A stretch of 64,000 nucleotides of DNA from Amoebophrya sp. A120 (lineage: Eukaryota; Protista; Dinoflagellata). How positions within the stretch are numbered: position 1 is the first letter of the stretch; every line of letters begins with the position of its first letter. The stretch is from the NCBI GenBank assembly GCA_905178155.1, contig CAJINV010000003.1, positions 11,629,074 to 11,693,073 on the forward strand, in the 5' to 3' direction. The notes beneath the pieces were generated by a model. That model saw only the letters and a list, made by a program, of their open reading frames with translations. It was not told the DNA's origin and did not search any database. The translations under genes and the position numbers were made by a program. This document shows, in pieces, positions 23,225 to 35,339 of the stretch.

Positions 23225-25597
23225 CTAAGTACTGTACTCACATTCGATGCCGAGCAAAAGGAAAAGTTTCCACTCTGATAAAAGGTAGCTGATGTTGATG
23301 AAATATGCGTGAATGACGAAGCCGATCACGACGAACACCCAGTACACTTGCTCCTTGGCGGAGCACGAAAAGTTCACCGTTGTGGCGTTGTGCGCGGCGT
23401 TGTTGCTGCTGGACCCGTAGCCGACGGCATTCTTGGTCTCGTCGTACATCTTGCACGTGTTGTTCATGTATGCATGGCAAAAATCAAAGAAACTCGTGGG
23501 AAAAATATATACAGATCTTCATCGCAGGTATGAACATAGAAATTTTCAGGGGATCGGATTTTTTCGGAACTATCTAAACTGAGAACGGAACCAACAGCCA
23601 CCACACCGTGGCGCTTCGCACTTGTCGCCATTCCGTTTCCTTTCGTGTGTGTTGTTTTTTTTCGTTCTCTTCAGCTTCAACTTCAAGCTCGTTTTCTTCT
23701 TCAAGTTTCGTTTTCTGTTTTTCTCTCTTTCCTTCTTCTCTTAGGGGGGACAAAATTTGCGGGATTTGCGTCCGCCCCGCGCCATTCGTTTGCCACGGCC
23801 CCCGCCCCGTCTATGTGTGTTCTTCTTGCTAATGGTTGGCGTCCCGCGGATATGCGCGGGTGCCAGCGGCGGCGGCAAACTTCCAGGCGTTGCTCCTATT
23901 AGAGGCGTAGGCCAGGAAAGTTAGCCCCCTATGTGGGGCTAAAAGGTCAGACGCCACCTAGCTCCCGATGCTGGGGAGACGCGCGGCGCGCTGTTCTCAT
24001 GATCGATGGAAGAAGGCCGATGTGGCCCCCCAGTGGCGGAAGTTGGGGCGCCCTTTTTTGGGCCGATTAGCTTTACAGCAGTGGGGCATAGATACGGCCC
24101 TCCGCCCAGCCTTAGCTCCAACGCCGGCAGTTCTTTCGCAGTCTTCCGTGCCCCAGGGCCCCTTGGATGTGGTTGTCACATCCAAGAGACGAGCCCCTCC
24201 TTGGGTGCGGAAGACTGCGGGATAACCGATGGAAAGGCAAACAGCCCAATTGCCGTGGCAGGCTCTCCATGCAGCGGTTGCTAGACGAGCGCGGGCCAGC
24301 AGTGGCAGCTAGAGCGCAGGCTTGGGTGGTTGTATCTATTATACGGCGGCCGGGCTCATTGTGTTCCTTGCTTCCCGCTGTTGGACGGCCACCGCTAGCC
24401 TCATTAGGTTGGTAGGGAGCTCGGCCCTCCTCGCGGGTTGCTGCCGGTTATTAATTTCATGGCCAGGCCTCTCTGGCAGCAAGCTCCGCCGCGCCTAACT
24501 TCGCGGGCGGGCGACCTTCTCTGGCATCCCCGCCCAAGCATCCGGCTGAGCGCGCAAGCTCGGCCCGTTTGCTGAAGGTGACTCTGCTTGGCTATAGAAA
24601 CAACATCAAGAAAAACGCCGCGCAGCGACAGGAGGGCGCGCAAGAGAGGGGCACCACGGGGCTTAGGCCTCCCCCGCTCAGGGATTTGCTTTGCTTCGAA
24701 GGTCGCCACGCTTCTAGCAGACAGCCGAGATGGCTCGGCCGCCTGTGCGCTGGCCGGCCGGGGCTTCTCGGATTTTTCTCCGTTTCCGTTTCCGCACTTG
24801 TTTCACGGCTTCGAGTTCCGTTCTCAGTCTCGCCTCTTTTTTTTGAAAAAACACGAGAACAGGCGGGGAAGGATCCAAGAGTCGCGAAAAAGTTCCGTTC
24901 TCAGTTTAGACAGTTCCAAACAAAGCCATATCCAATTTTCAGTTTCAGTTCCAAGAAAAACCAAAATTTGCAAACGCAGAGCGATGCTATTTCTGCTGCA
25001 GCACCCTCTGCGAACATTTGTACGCATTTACCACGAGTTGTTGTCGTGTATTTTGCTCCGGATAGCATGAGCGCGTTCACGATGAGGATCGGGATCATGA
25101 CGCAAAACCGGAACAGCTGGTAAATCAAATAGGACTTCAGCTCTTCGGGCTGCCCGTGCTGAATAGCCAGGATGCAGTAAACGCAGTAGTAGAGCCCGAG
25201 GAAGTTTACGATCGCCAGAATCACGGTGGTCTCTGGGGAGAGCCGGGAAAAAAAACCGAACGCCATCGCGACTTGCGGGAAGAAAAGGACACAGAGCAAA
25301 CCTGGAAGTGGATTCGATTCTTCTTTCGGTTTACTTGATGCTGGTGTCGTGTACTACTACCCAGGAGATTGTGACGACGATCGCAAGGGCGACACGAAAA
25401 AATGAAAAAGAAAAAGACACTACAAAATAAATAGTACCGACGAAGCTCGCGACAAAGGTGAAGAGTGCGTAACCGGACACCGCGGCTGTGATGGGAACTG
25501 TCTTGCACATCACGTAGGCTGCTTCGGGATCGCCTTGCAGCCAGTCCGGCAGTTCGAAGCGGTTTCCCATGTTGGCGCGGAATTTGTTCATGCGCAT
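23225..25597 (-). CDS. Multi-pass membrane protein, multi-exon (unknown function)
   Basis: Hydrophobic exon segments PITAAVSGYALFTFVASFVG, TTVILAIVNFLGLYYCVYCILAI, YLIYQLFRFCVMIPILIVNALM and VYWVFVVIGFVIHAYF lie in order on the minus strand. Exact boundaries unresolved. Confidence 0.55.
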
Positions 25598-26166
25598 CGT
25601 GTACAGGAGAAGCTTGTAGTTCTGTGTGTAGGTGTGAATTTTCAGTAAGTTTCATGTTGAATAAGTATATTTATGCCGTCGATATTCCTGTCTTACACGT
25701 TACAGTTCATCTTTAGCAGACCAGATGAAAAACCAGCATGATGGGGCCATATCCATCCGTGCTGCTAAGCCTCCTGATAAAAAGCACAACTTCCGAAAGT
25801 GGGTTCCTAGTGGTGAAATAATCGATGTTCATGCAAATTCATCTTGCTTCATCACACTGAAAACATTTCCTTACCTCGCGCAACAGGATGCCCTCGAGCA
25901 GAATCACGCCAAGAAATATCGCGGGAGCAAATCGTTGTGTAGCCAAGGAAAATCATGACCCTTCGAAATATGCAGAACATCCTCGTTCGCAAATTTGCAA
26001 CTTCGAATTCGAAATTTCTGCAAGCGTCATGAAAAATTGCGTCCTGCAACCCTTATGAAGCACCCGCTGATGCCATGACAGAGAAAAATTATGAGTGGTG
26101 CAAAAATAATACCAAAACTGGCAACTGCGAAAAAACCTTTATAACAGTGTTGATGTACTTACACAC

Positions 26167-27180
26167 CTATCGCTTCTCCCTGCCGATACCCAGAAGCCCG
26201 GCGACCGCCAAGGGGTGTAGTGACAGGCCCATGACTATCAAATGCAAAAATGTCTGGGTCTGGAAGAATACATGTTTGTCATGCTTGTCTGGCATGACTC
26301 TTAAATCTGTCATGCACGTTACCCAAGAGCTCCATTTTTCTGCGATGCAGAAACGCAGTTTGTCATGCAGAATAGGCAACACCTAGGAGCTGAGAAGCTT
26401 GTCATGCTAAGCCAGCACTTGTGGCCTCATCTCATCATGAGACGCCACCCAGCATCACAAGTTTCCGGACCCAGACATTTTTGCATTTGATAATGACCCC
26501 GGAGTCGAACAGTATGTAACCGGACAAGTACGGTAGGAAGAAGCCGAGCGCGAAGATTCGTATCCCGTGCAAATGAAGTATCGCACTCGCACTAGTATTG
26601 GTAATTGCAATCACGCATGACAGATTGTACTATCTTTGTAGGATACTTACACAGCACTCAAAGTTTCGTTTTTCATCATGCTACGAAAATTTTCAACAAA
26701 ACTGCGATTTCTACTACTTAGTACGACACTTCTACTTCTTTGGTTGTGGTGCATAATTCTCCAGTACATGCAAAACCGCAGTTTGTCTGCGTCGTCCATG
26801 AGAACGCCCCACTCGCCCACCAGCGCGGACAAACAATCCACGCCCCCCACGATGAAAAAGAGAATCTGCTCCACCTTGGACTGCTCGTTTCCCGGTTTGA
26901 AGCCCGCCCCGGCGACGAGAAAAACGACTCCCCGCACGAGCGCTTGGACCATCAAAATATGCCCCCCGATCCGCATGGGAAGGAGCCCGAGGAACTTCGG
27001 CGCCCGTGGGGGAGGCACGACCTCTTCCGCTTGGTCGTGTGGGGATGGGTCGGGCGGCGGCCGAGGAGGTTGTGCGTCCTGTGCTTGTTGCATTCTTGTG
27101 TCCATCGTGGCCGCCGCACCTGGGCGTGGGCCCTCTGCGCCGGGGCTAGAATAATTACTTACTAGGCGCTTCCGCAGCAC
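26167..27180 (-). CDS. Membrane protein (unknown function), split by two introners
   Basis: ORF 26647-27180 joins via introner removal to ...CMYWRI|FALGFFLPYLSGYILFDSGV|MGLSLHPLAVAGLLG...; 3' end uncertain. Confidence 0.6.
26236..26492. mobile_element. Introner, family A
   Basis: TATCAAATGCAAAAATGTCTGGGTCTGGAA / TTCCGGACCCAGACATTTTTGCATTTGATA; DR ATGAC. Confidence 0.92.
26561..26755. mobile_element. Degenerate introner, family E
   Basis: TATCCCGTGCAAATGAAGTATCGCACT...GTGCATA; DR ATTCG/ATTCT; removal restores frame. Confidence 0.75.
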
Positions 27181-28259
27181 TCAAGATTCCTATCCCCGGT
27201 TAGAGCTGCAGCGGCTGCTGCGGGGCCGCAAACTGGAGGTCCGCCGTTTTTGGTGTTGCTCCCGCTGGGAGGTGGAGCCGCCGCCGCGGTTAGAAATACA
27301 TCGGTGCAGCTGGTTCTCTCATGATCGAGATCGACCCGTCTCGCATGATATTACAGTACCATTAAAACAAAGCAGGACAACAGCATGATGCGCTTGACGA
27401 GGCTCTTGCTTTTGCACCCTAGTTGAATTGCGACAAGCAACGCAAGGGGATCAGAAATGCGTACTTCACTCCATTGATGACCCTCACTGTGGTTCAGATT
27501 GTTCTCGCAGCAGACCTTGCTACGAGACACATCGTTTTTGCACTCCTCGAAGCTGTGCAAGAATGCTCTCCTACCAGCCAGAATCACTCTCCTTACCTTG
27601 TGAGGACACCGTTGTTATTGTTACCCACTCTTCAGCGTCACCCTTCATTTTTGTGCCGCTTTTTCAAAACTTGTAAATCTAAATTTGCCGCATCAAACCC
27701 CAGATTAGCAGCACAAAGACTTAGTTCCTCTCTCTCTGTTCCTCTTGCACCAGCGTGGAGTCACACTTAACGATCTGACCAAGCCAGATTGAGAACGTTA
27801 CAGAGTCACGTTCAACAGTAGTTTACAGCAAAGCACTGGCTGTAAGAGTTTGATTTTTTTATGCTGCGGCAGAGCAGACGAAGATCATACTGGTTCCAGG
27901 GTGGGATGGAGTAGAGCTAGAAGTAGAACACGAAAACGAATGCCTTCGCATTACTATTGTCGTCGTTGTGCGCCGCTGGACAGGAAAAAAGCGGCCGCAT
28001 TGGCATTTCTTGGCGAGCGAACGCATCATGCTCCTTGGCGCGCCTCCTCAGAAGGCAGCTGCCGCACAACAGCACAATGAGTTGTATATGACTTCTAGCT
28101 CGTCCTTTTTCTCCGAAAATTCAGAACTCTATCATTCCACACGGGCGACCCGAGGGCAGAAAAGAGAGAGACCATTCTAGGTGGTACTTAAGTACGTAAC
28201 GGAAGTACTCGGAACTGCAAGTGCTGGGCCATTGTCGTGCTGCTCTCGCATACGCTAGA

Positions 28260-28694
28260 CTCAGAACCACACTGTGCTCCAGCCGGGGAAAAAGAAGCTT
28301 GTATCAAAGGCAAATATGTCTTGGTCTGGAAGGGTGCAAGGTTTGCGTTTCTCGTGCTCCGCTACCATGAATCACAAGTGGTCCGTAAAGCAGAAGTGAC
28401 TTGCCCAGAAGCTCGGTTTTCCTGTCAGATACAAAACGCAGCAAGGCAATTTGTCGTGCAGAATCAACAACACCTAGCAACTCAAAAACTTGTCATTGTT
28501 GAGACCACCAGCTGCGGCGCCCTCGTAATTCTCAAGCCAGCATCAAAAGTTTCCAGACCCAAACATATTTGCAATGCAGAGCTTGCGATCACAAACCACA
28601 TGACGATGATGATGGCGATGTTGAGCGCCCAGTCGCGGTACAGCCGTTTTTTTGCCTCCTTCTGGAACGCCTCCCGGTCCTGGCCCGGCAACAT
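28260..28694 (-). CDS. Small single-pass membrane protein, partial
   Basis: After introner removal reads ...REAFQKEAKKRLYRDWALNIAIIIVMWFVIAS|FFFPGWSTVWF*; 5' end uncertain. Confidence 0.5.
28302..28580. mobile_element. Introner, family A
   Basis: TATCAAAGGCAAATATGTCTTGGTCTGGAA / TTCCAGACCCAAACATATTTGCAATGCAGA; DR GCTTG. Confidence 0.88.
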
Positions 28695-28854
28695 CGTAAA
28701 ACGCAGTGGGTTTCTCTACTTTGGACAAACACAAATCAGGTGATCTTATTTCTCTTCCTCGATATGTCAAAGCTCCAAGCACGGAACTGGTGTGAAGAAA
28801 CAAAGTAAGTACGTAGTCGTCTATCTCTTAAATATCTCCGTAAGCAGCTCACCT

Positions 28855-31800
28855 CTATCTTCTGTGCTCTTGTTGAAGATCAACACCACAGGAGCTAAAA
28901 ACCGTCGTAACAAAAATTCCGCATAGGGCAAAGGCGACACTACAAAGCAACATCACTCCGTTCATCAGCAGCAGACGCTTCTCATAAGGCGGCAGCCGCT
29001 CCCCTCCGTGCGCCTTGCAATCTAGGAGACTCTTGAACACGACCCGACGGTGTTCATGTTGTTGTTCTTCTGTTCTGGCTTCATCTAGCAGAGGTTTTCT
29101 AGTCTCAACACCCTCGTCACAGGCGCGTGTAAGCTCCTGCAGGTCGCCGGCGTAGTTCCTGCCGGCCTTTTCTTTTTGTTTTATTTTGCAGTTGTCCTGC
29201 TCAGATGAAAACGCTTCTGAAGAACGCACACAAGCTGCCTCCCTGTCCTTTATTGGATCCGTTCCGATTTGTTCCTCTTCACATTTGATGTTTGCTAGAG
29301 AAACTTCTCCACCACCTTCCCGCCGAGCATCCGCCAGAAACGGCCTCAATTCCTCGGCCAACACCGCCGGCCCAGGAAACCCGCACTCCCCCTCTAATTT
29401 CAGTTGCTCGTAGACTTCGACTACATTTGACTCATCCACGAAGTTGCCTGAGACTGCGATGGTGGGCTCTTCGTTCCACACCTCGTGTACCCAGCCGCTT
29501 GGCACAAAAATCGCTTCTCCAGGGTTTACGAAAGTTTCCCAAATCTCGATTTTGTTGTAGTCATTCTCTTTGTCTTCATGTGTTGCTGGGTCGTTCTCCA
29601 CTGCATTTGCAGTGCCGCCGTCGCCCTGCGTCGTCGTACTCTTTTCGCTGTCCAAGAACTGCACGTCCTTCCCGGAAATAAAATCCGCAGAGTCACATTG
29701 CAACGCGTCCGCGGGGATCCAGGGGGAGCTCAAGTCGTCAAGATAGAAAGGCTTCAACAATGGCAAACTATGAGAGTGCACAACTACTCCTCCCCAACAT
29801 TTGTCGTGCAAAATACCAAACCCTAGCGCTGCCATGTGGTACTGCTTGCATGACAGATTCCGGAAGCCCAAACAGTGCTATGCATCTTACGCGCATGAAC
29901 TTGTCATGCACAAGCTTCAACGATGTGCTTGTGCGGGTCGTGTTTCTATTGCTGTTAGTTCATGCAAGACAAATGAGGGGGAGGGGAGCAGTTGCAGTCG
30001 TGCACTGTCATACAAACTCTCCGGACTGCACAGCCGGTACTTTTTTCTCCCGCACCCGACGAACTGCCAGAAGTGCGTGTTGGAAAAGTCAACGTGCGGC
30101 CCCGCGCCCTTCTCCTCGTATCCTGAGTAAAAACGTACCCACACCAGAGTTGTAATGCAGATTTGCAAAGACAGGAAGACTTGTAATGCGCATCCCCATG
30201 AGAGCCATTTCCAATCGTCTTTTGGAATTTGTGATGCTGTGAACAGGATGAGCAGATGAATCTGCGATGCGGCTGCACTTGCTAACCTGCCCTACACTGC
30301 GGAGTGCAGCTTGTCATGCGTGACTCACAAAACTCCTAGGTTTGTGTTGCAAAATCCCCATCCTGACTCTGGTGTGGGGACCTTTTACTCAGGATACCTC
30401 GTGCCCGAAGTTCGCGAACAGGGTCGGAAACGCGGACCCGGACACCGGGAGTGCGTTGCTTTGCGCGACGGACAAAAAGTCGCGGTGGGGGAAGGGCGGG
30501 TAGGGTTGGAACGCCTCGGCGAATCGCCGCCCGAGCTTCGTGCGCCACAGTGAAAAATCGAAGACCAGGTCGTGGTTCTTGGAGGAAAGTGGATCTTGGT
30601 GGCCACCACGGGACGAGGAGGTGTCATTTACACTATTATTTCTCCCGAGGACGACAGAGTTCTTCGTCTCTGGTCCGGATGTTGTACTTGATGTAGGCCA
30701 AGAACAAGCGCTGGCCATCATCTCCGCAAAGGTTTTCTTCTCCCCGACATTGTCCTTCAAATGGGCCCAGAGGCACTCGGTTTCTTTCTCTTGTTCAACA
30801 CCCGTATCAGTCTCCCTCTCCGACCCCGAGGGGTTTCTACTTCTAGTTGAAGAGGTGATAATTCTTGTGTCGCACCTTCTTCGCGTCGGCAGCTTCAAGT
30901 CACCGAGAAAAGCGCTGAGATCTTCAAACGACCGGAGGAAGGGAGGGATAAGCTTCTTTTCAAAAGTACTGTTATAGTACTTTTCATCATTTCCTGCCGC
31001 CCTCGCCCCTGCTCCCGATGATCCACTTCCTGTGTACACAAACGGGGTCCTTCTCGTCGTGAAAGCTTCGTGTACGCAACTGACCCGCGGCACTGGGATG
31101 GAGAGTCTCTGGATAGTACGACAGCATGTGTTGGCGGATTCCTCTTCCACTTCCGGCTTCTTCCCTCTCGATGAAAATCGCAGAGAAATTCGTTCCTGCC
31201 GCTTTTCCTCGAATTCAAGATGCCGCCTGGCGATCTCTTTTGCGAACTTTAGTCCTGCGGCTTCGGGAGACTTGTATCGATGTGAAAAATTATTGTTCTC
31301 AGCACCATTTTTGGCACTCCTCTTTCGTTTTTCCAAAGCGTCTACTGAGAAAGAAAAGTTTGATCCAGCACATACATATAGAAAAGCCGAAGTCGTGGTG
31401 CGTGGTAGCACATTCGCACGCATGCAAACTTTTTGCAAGCTATGTTCAACACACGAATAAACACCGTAACCTTATTAGGTTTAGGTAAGCTTCCTGATGC
31501 CACATAAACAAATTTTCCATAGCGTACAAGTTCTTTTTCGCCGTCGGCAGCAACACTTGTCGCCTGCAAAAGCGCCTCCTCGGCGACTGCCAGCGCTTTC
31601 TCGGGGTGTCCAGCTAGGTCGAGCAAGTGAGCCACCGCGGCTTTATCCTGCTGAAGTACAATTGAAGCTGAACATGCTCCAGATGATACCATGTCGGTAC
31701 GACCTTTTTCGCCATGTTCCGGCACTCCAGCAGCAGAGACGTTGCTCCCACGAACTGCTACATGATCCAGTGGCAGGAGTTTTCGCAAGACTTTTTCCTT

Positions 31801-32144
31801 GGCCTCTTTGTTGGTTTTGACTAAAGTATGAGAGTGCAGCACTACTCCCCCTTCTCCTTCATCCCCTCATCTATTGTAATGCAAAAATGCTAAATGTAAA
31901 TTCTGTGTCTGTGAGCCTTTTCGCTGTTTTTGCATGACAAGTTCTGGAAGCCCAAGCTGCACTATGCTCCGTGCGTGGACTTGTAATGCAGAGACTGCAT
32001 TTTTGACGTGGTTTCTGTTGGTAGAAATGCACCACAAATGAGGGGGAGGGGGAGTTGTGCACTGTCATACAAAGCTTGGACACCCCCAAACTCGCGGAGA
32101 AGTCGGATACGAATGTGATTGACTGAGGTGCCAGTCGCGGGCAT
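28855..32144 (-). CDS. JmjC-domain Fe(II)/2-oxoglutarate dioxygenase with C-terminal hydrophobic segment
   Basis: Spliced: ...PTLFANFGHE|EKGAGPHVDFSNTHFWQFVGCGRKKYRLCSPESL|PLLKPFY...PGEAIFVPSGWVHEVWNEEPTIAVSGNF, giving the HxD...H triad. Three introners plus an unresolved intron near 31400-31500. Confidence 0.85.
29769..30012. mobile_element. Introner, family F
   Basis: TATGAGAGTGCAC..CTCCTCCCC / GGGGAGGGGAG..GTGCACTGTCATA; DR CAAAC. Confidence 0.9.
30119..30396. mobile_element. Introner, family G
   Basis: TATCCTGAGTAAAAACGTACCCACACCAGAGT / ACTCTGGTGTGGGGACCTTTTACTCAGGATA; DR CCTCG. Confidence 0.92.
31827..32069. mobile_element. Introner, family F
   Basis: TATGAGAGTGCAGCACTACTCCCC / GGGGAGTTGTGCACTGTCATA; DR TAAAG/CAAAG; removal gives GGVQAL|VKTNKE. 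Confidence 0.88.
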
Positions 32145-33452
32145 TTTTTTTTTTGATGTAGTTATTTCAGATAAAGACGCCGCATTGTAGTGATCGCTCC
32201 TTTATGCTCTTCACTCGTCCCGGATTATGTCGTACAGGAGGTACTACGGAGCCTTTAGTTTGCTAGAACAAGAATCAGCAAGCGCATCAACAAGCTGCTT
32301 GCTACAAATCCGATTGTTCCAGTGCACACCAGCCAAACAGGAAAAACGCCACTGATGACGCACATAGAACCGTTCGGTGTTGACCTCACTACAGGTCACC
32401 TAATCGCACATATATTCTCTTTTTTTCATTTTTTCAATTAATCCTACAATTTGTTCCAAAATATGGAGTGTGTTTGCATTCTGTTTAGTCTCTCCTCTGT
32501 TTCTTGAAGAGTCTACATCAACATCAGCACACACACCTTTCAGTTGTTTTTCATTATACACGGCTTTCAGTTTTACCATTCATCATACACTTGGGAAAGT
32601 TTCTGCTAGTACTGGTGCACAGTTTCTACAAAAGAGGCGCGAAAGCGGAACTACAACAACTACGTTTAATGTGAAGATCGCCCACAACTTTGTCTCTCTC
32701 CACCGATAAAGTCTTTTTTTGGGTAAAAAAAAATTCCTCCAAAACATACATAGGGTGACGGTGAATGTTTGTGTTTCAAAAAAAAAAATTTGCGCTCGCT
32801 TGCTTCTTCGGGCGAGCGAGAACAACCAGGTTACCTTACATCTATGTTCCTGAGTGTAAGTAGTTGACGACCAGTGTCTCAACCGGTCGCCACCGTGAAC
32901 TGAAGAAACACTGCTAGTTTTAGCTATGAACCAACAGTCACGGGGAGTTACCAGAGGGAAAGCAAGCCGGGGCTTGCAATCGTCCCTGGTTTCACTATCA
33001 AAATACTCTTGACACTTGCAAGAATATTTTGATACTGAAACCAGGGACAATTGTCCCTGTTTCAAGAAAAATCGCAATTGTCTCTGTTTCAAAAATCAGT
33101 TGTGTGCTCTCCTCTTCAGGCGAGCGCGTAACTGTTTGTCATACTAAGTATGTTCCTGTTTGTGAATAGCTGGCAACTAGTGTCGCAACCAGTCGCCACC
33201 AGAGCCTGACGAAACACCGCCCGTTTTAGTAGTGAACGGCCAAGCTCGGGGAGTTGCCGGGGAGAAGGACTGCCGAAGCCCTTCCCTCAGCCCTGGCTTC
33301 AGACTGAAGCAAAACTACCTCCTCTTCCGTAATGCTCCCGTCAACCTCCGCACAACCACAAGGTCCAAAACAAGCCGCCTCTACACGGTCCAAAACAAGG
33401 TTCAAAACTGTTTCAAAAGGCTAAATACGAACCCGCCTGCAGCACGGTCGCT

Positions 33453-35339
33453 CTAGGAAAGGCGGAGCGAACGCAAAGGGACAGCCTCGCGACGTTCAAC
33501 TTCGAGGCCTTGGTGAGGACGTTCAATTTCGTAGGCCTTGAAGTCCAACTCTTCGATGTCAACTCTCAGAAGGCGAGGCGCCGACTCGACAAAGTCCACC
33601 AAAAAGCTCCACTTCCATCGCGAACGGTAGGAAATACGCGGAGAGAATTTGCAAAGGGGGGTATACCCCCACCGGAAGTCGTAGTCGACAGTCCAACTGA
33701 TTTTCTTCACCGCCGTACTTGTGCCATTCGAGGAATCTTCGTAGTAGATATCGTCCACACGCATCCCTTGAGGTCCAACCTTGATTGCGGCTTCTCTGTT
33801 TGCATCAGCCCTGTCCGACACGTCTGCTGCAAACAGAATAGGATCCTCTTCCTCGACATTGTCCGTGCCCAGGATCGCATCCCAATAAGTGTCGTTGTAA
33901 TTTCGCACAAGATATGGGACGAACTTACCCTCTGTCGACTGTCGAATGTTCTGGGGCAGCAACCTCTTGTCAGCCAGAGGCCCAGAATCTCTGCTCCATG
34001 TCCGAGACATGAGCAGCTTGCTCCATGTCCGAGACTCGTCACGAAACGGCAACTCTACGTGGCTGCGATCCCCACCTCGGGGGCGTAGGCCGGCAGCACT
34101 GACTCTCCCTTCGATGATGTCTCGCAGTATCGGGAAATGGAAAGATTTGACTAAGTCGCCAACTGCCTCCCACAACTTTCGAGCCTCTTCCTGGGGGGCG
34201 ATATCAATCCCAATCTGGATCGCCTCCTCCGGCGGCGGCAACTTATTGAACAGGGAGGCTCTATGATGCGGACCGAACCAAAACGACTTCAAAGAGACTG
34301 CTCCATCGGAATTATTGTCCCAACAGTCGGCGAGTTTCTGCTCGAAGGCGTTAAACTCGCGCAGGTCCTCTATTTCCTGGTCGTCACTTAAATTGAACCG
34401 GTCAACAGCCTCACCAACCCTGCTAGCAGCGCTAAGAGCGCGCCTTCCAACAGCCTCACCAAGAGTGAGAGCAGCGCTAGCAGCGCTTCCAGCAGCGCGC
34501 AAGAGAAGTCCATTCCTCTCCGAAACTCGACTTGCAGACGCCCTACCTGCTGCACTGTGGAGGTTACCACCCAGTTCCAAGTCGACGAATCCGTCCTCCC
34601 TGGAAGAAGACGGCTGGCGCACCGCAGCGGAGCCGCGCCCCGGCCCCCCCAGCCCCACACGAGCTCGAGCACGAGACCCAGACGAAGCCGGTAGCGGCAG
34701 TGAATCACCACCATGGCCGTCAGACGGCTGGCGGTGCACCGCAACCACGTGCGCGCGTCCCGCGGAATGCCTCCCCACACGAGGCCCAGATGAGACGCGT
34801 GTATGAACTGCAAAAGTATCGTACTCGTATAAATGCATTACAAATTTTCTCAGCATGAGAAATAAAATTTGTAATGCAGATTTACCTTAGCAAAAGGATT
34901 TGTAACGCATGATTGCAATACGAGTACGATACTTTTGCACAGGATAGTGTGACTTTTCCAACGCCGACCCGAAAAGCGACGAACCCAACAGGATATGGAT
35001 TGCAAATATGTCTGGGTCTGGAAACTTGTAATGCTAAAAGTGAATGATAGACGCACTGCAATACGCAGCTATGCATGTTGACAAATTTTTTGGCTTCCAT
35101 GGCTTACGTATTCCGCATGGCATGGTAAGCTGCGCTTTTGCATGACAGGTAATAAGGCCTTTTCGTGCCTATGCAACACAGATGCTCGAGTCATGCCAGA
35201 CAAGCATGACAAAATTGGATTCTTCCTGACCCAGACATTTTTGCATTTGATACAGGAACGACCACAACATCAAAACTCTGCCGAAGACCGCTCCTCCCAT
35301 TTTGCGGCTGGCAGTTTTCCGAAACTGAGGCGACGTCAT
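33453..35339 (-). CDS. Tandem-family putative secreted protein, copy 1 (490 aa)
   Basis: Exons 35258-35339, 34952-34993, 33453-34801 total 1473 nt in frame; hydrophobic N-terminus MGGAVFGRVLMLWSFLLGSSLFGSALEKS. Confidence 0.8.
34802..34946. mobile_element. Introner, family E (copies 1 and 4 only)
   Basis: TATGAACTGCAAAAGTATCGTACTCGTAT / ATACGAGTACGATACTTTTGCACAGGATA; DR GCGTG/GTGTG; site empty in copies 2, 3 and 5. Confidence 0.92.
34994..35252. mobile_element. Introner, family A (reverse orientation)
   Basis: TATGGATTGCAAATATGTCTGGGTC / GACCCAGACATTTTTGCATTTGATA; DR CAGGA. Confidence 0.92.

Noticed and set aside
23910-24670. RNase MRP/P-like motifs (GGAAAGTTAGCCCCC ... CCACGGGGCTTAG)
   Set aside because: The 5' motif does not fit the P4 consensus and is taken up by a local hairpin. 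The match is too weak to call without a covariance search.
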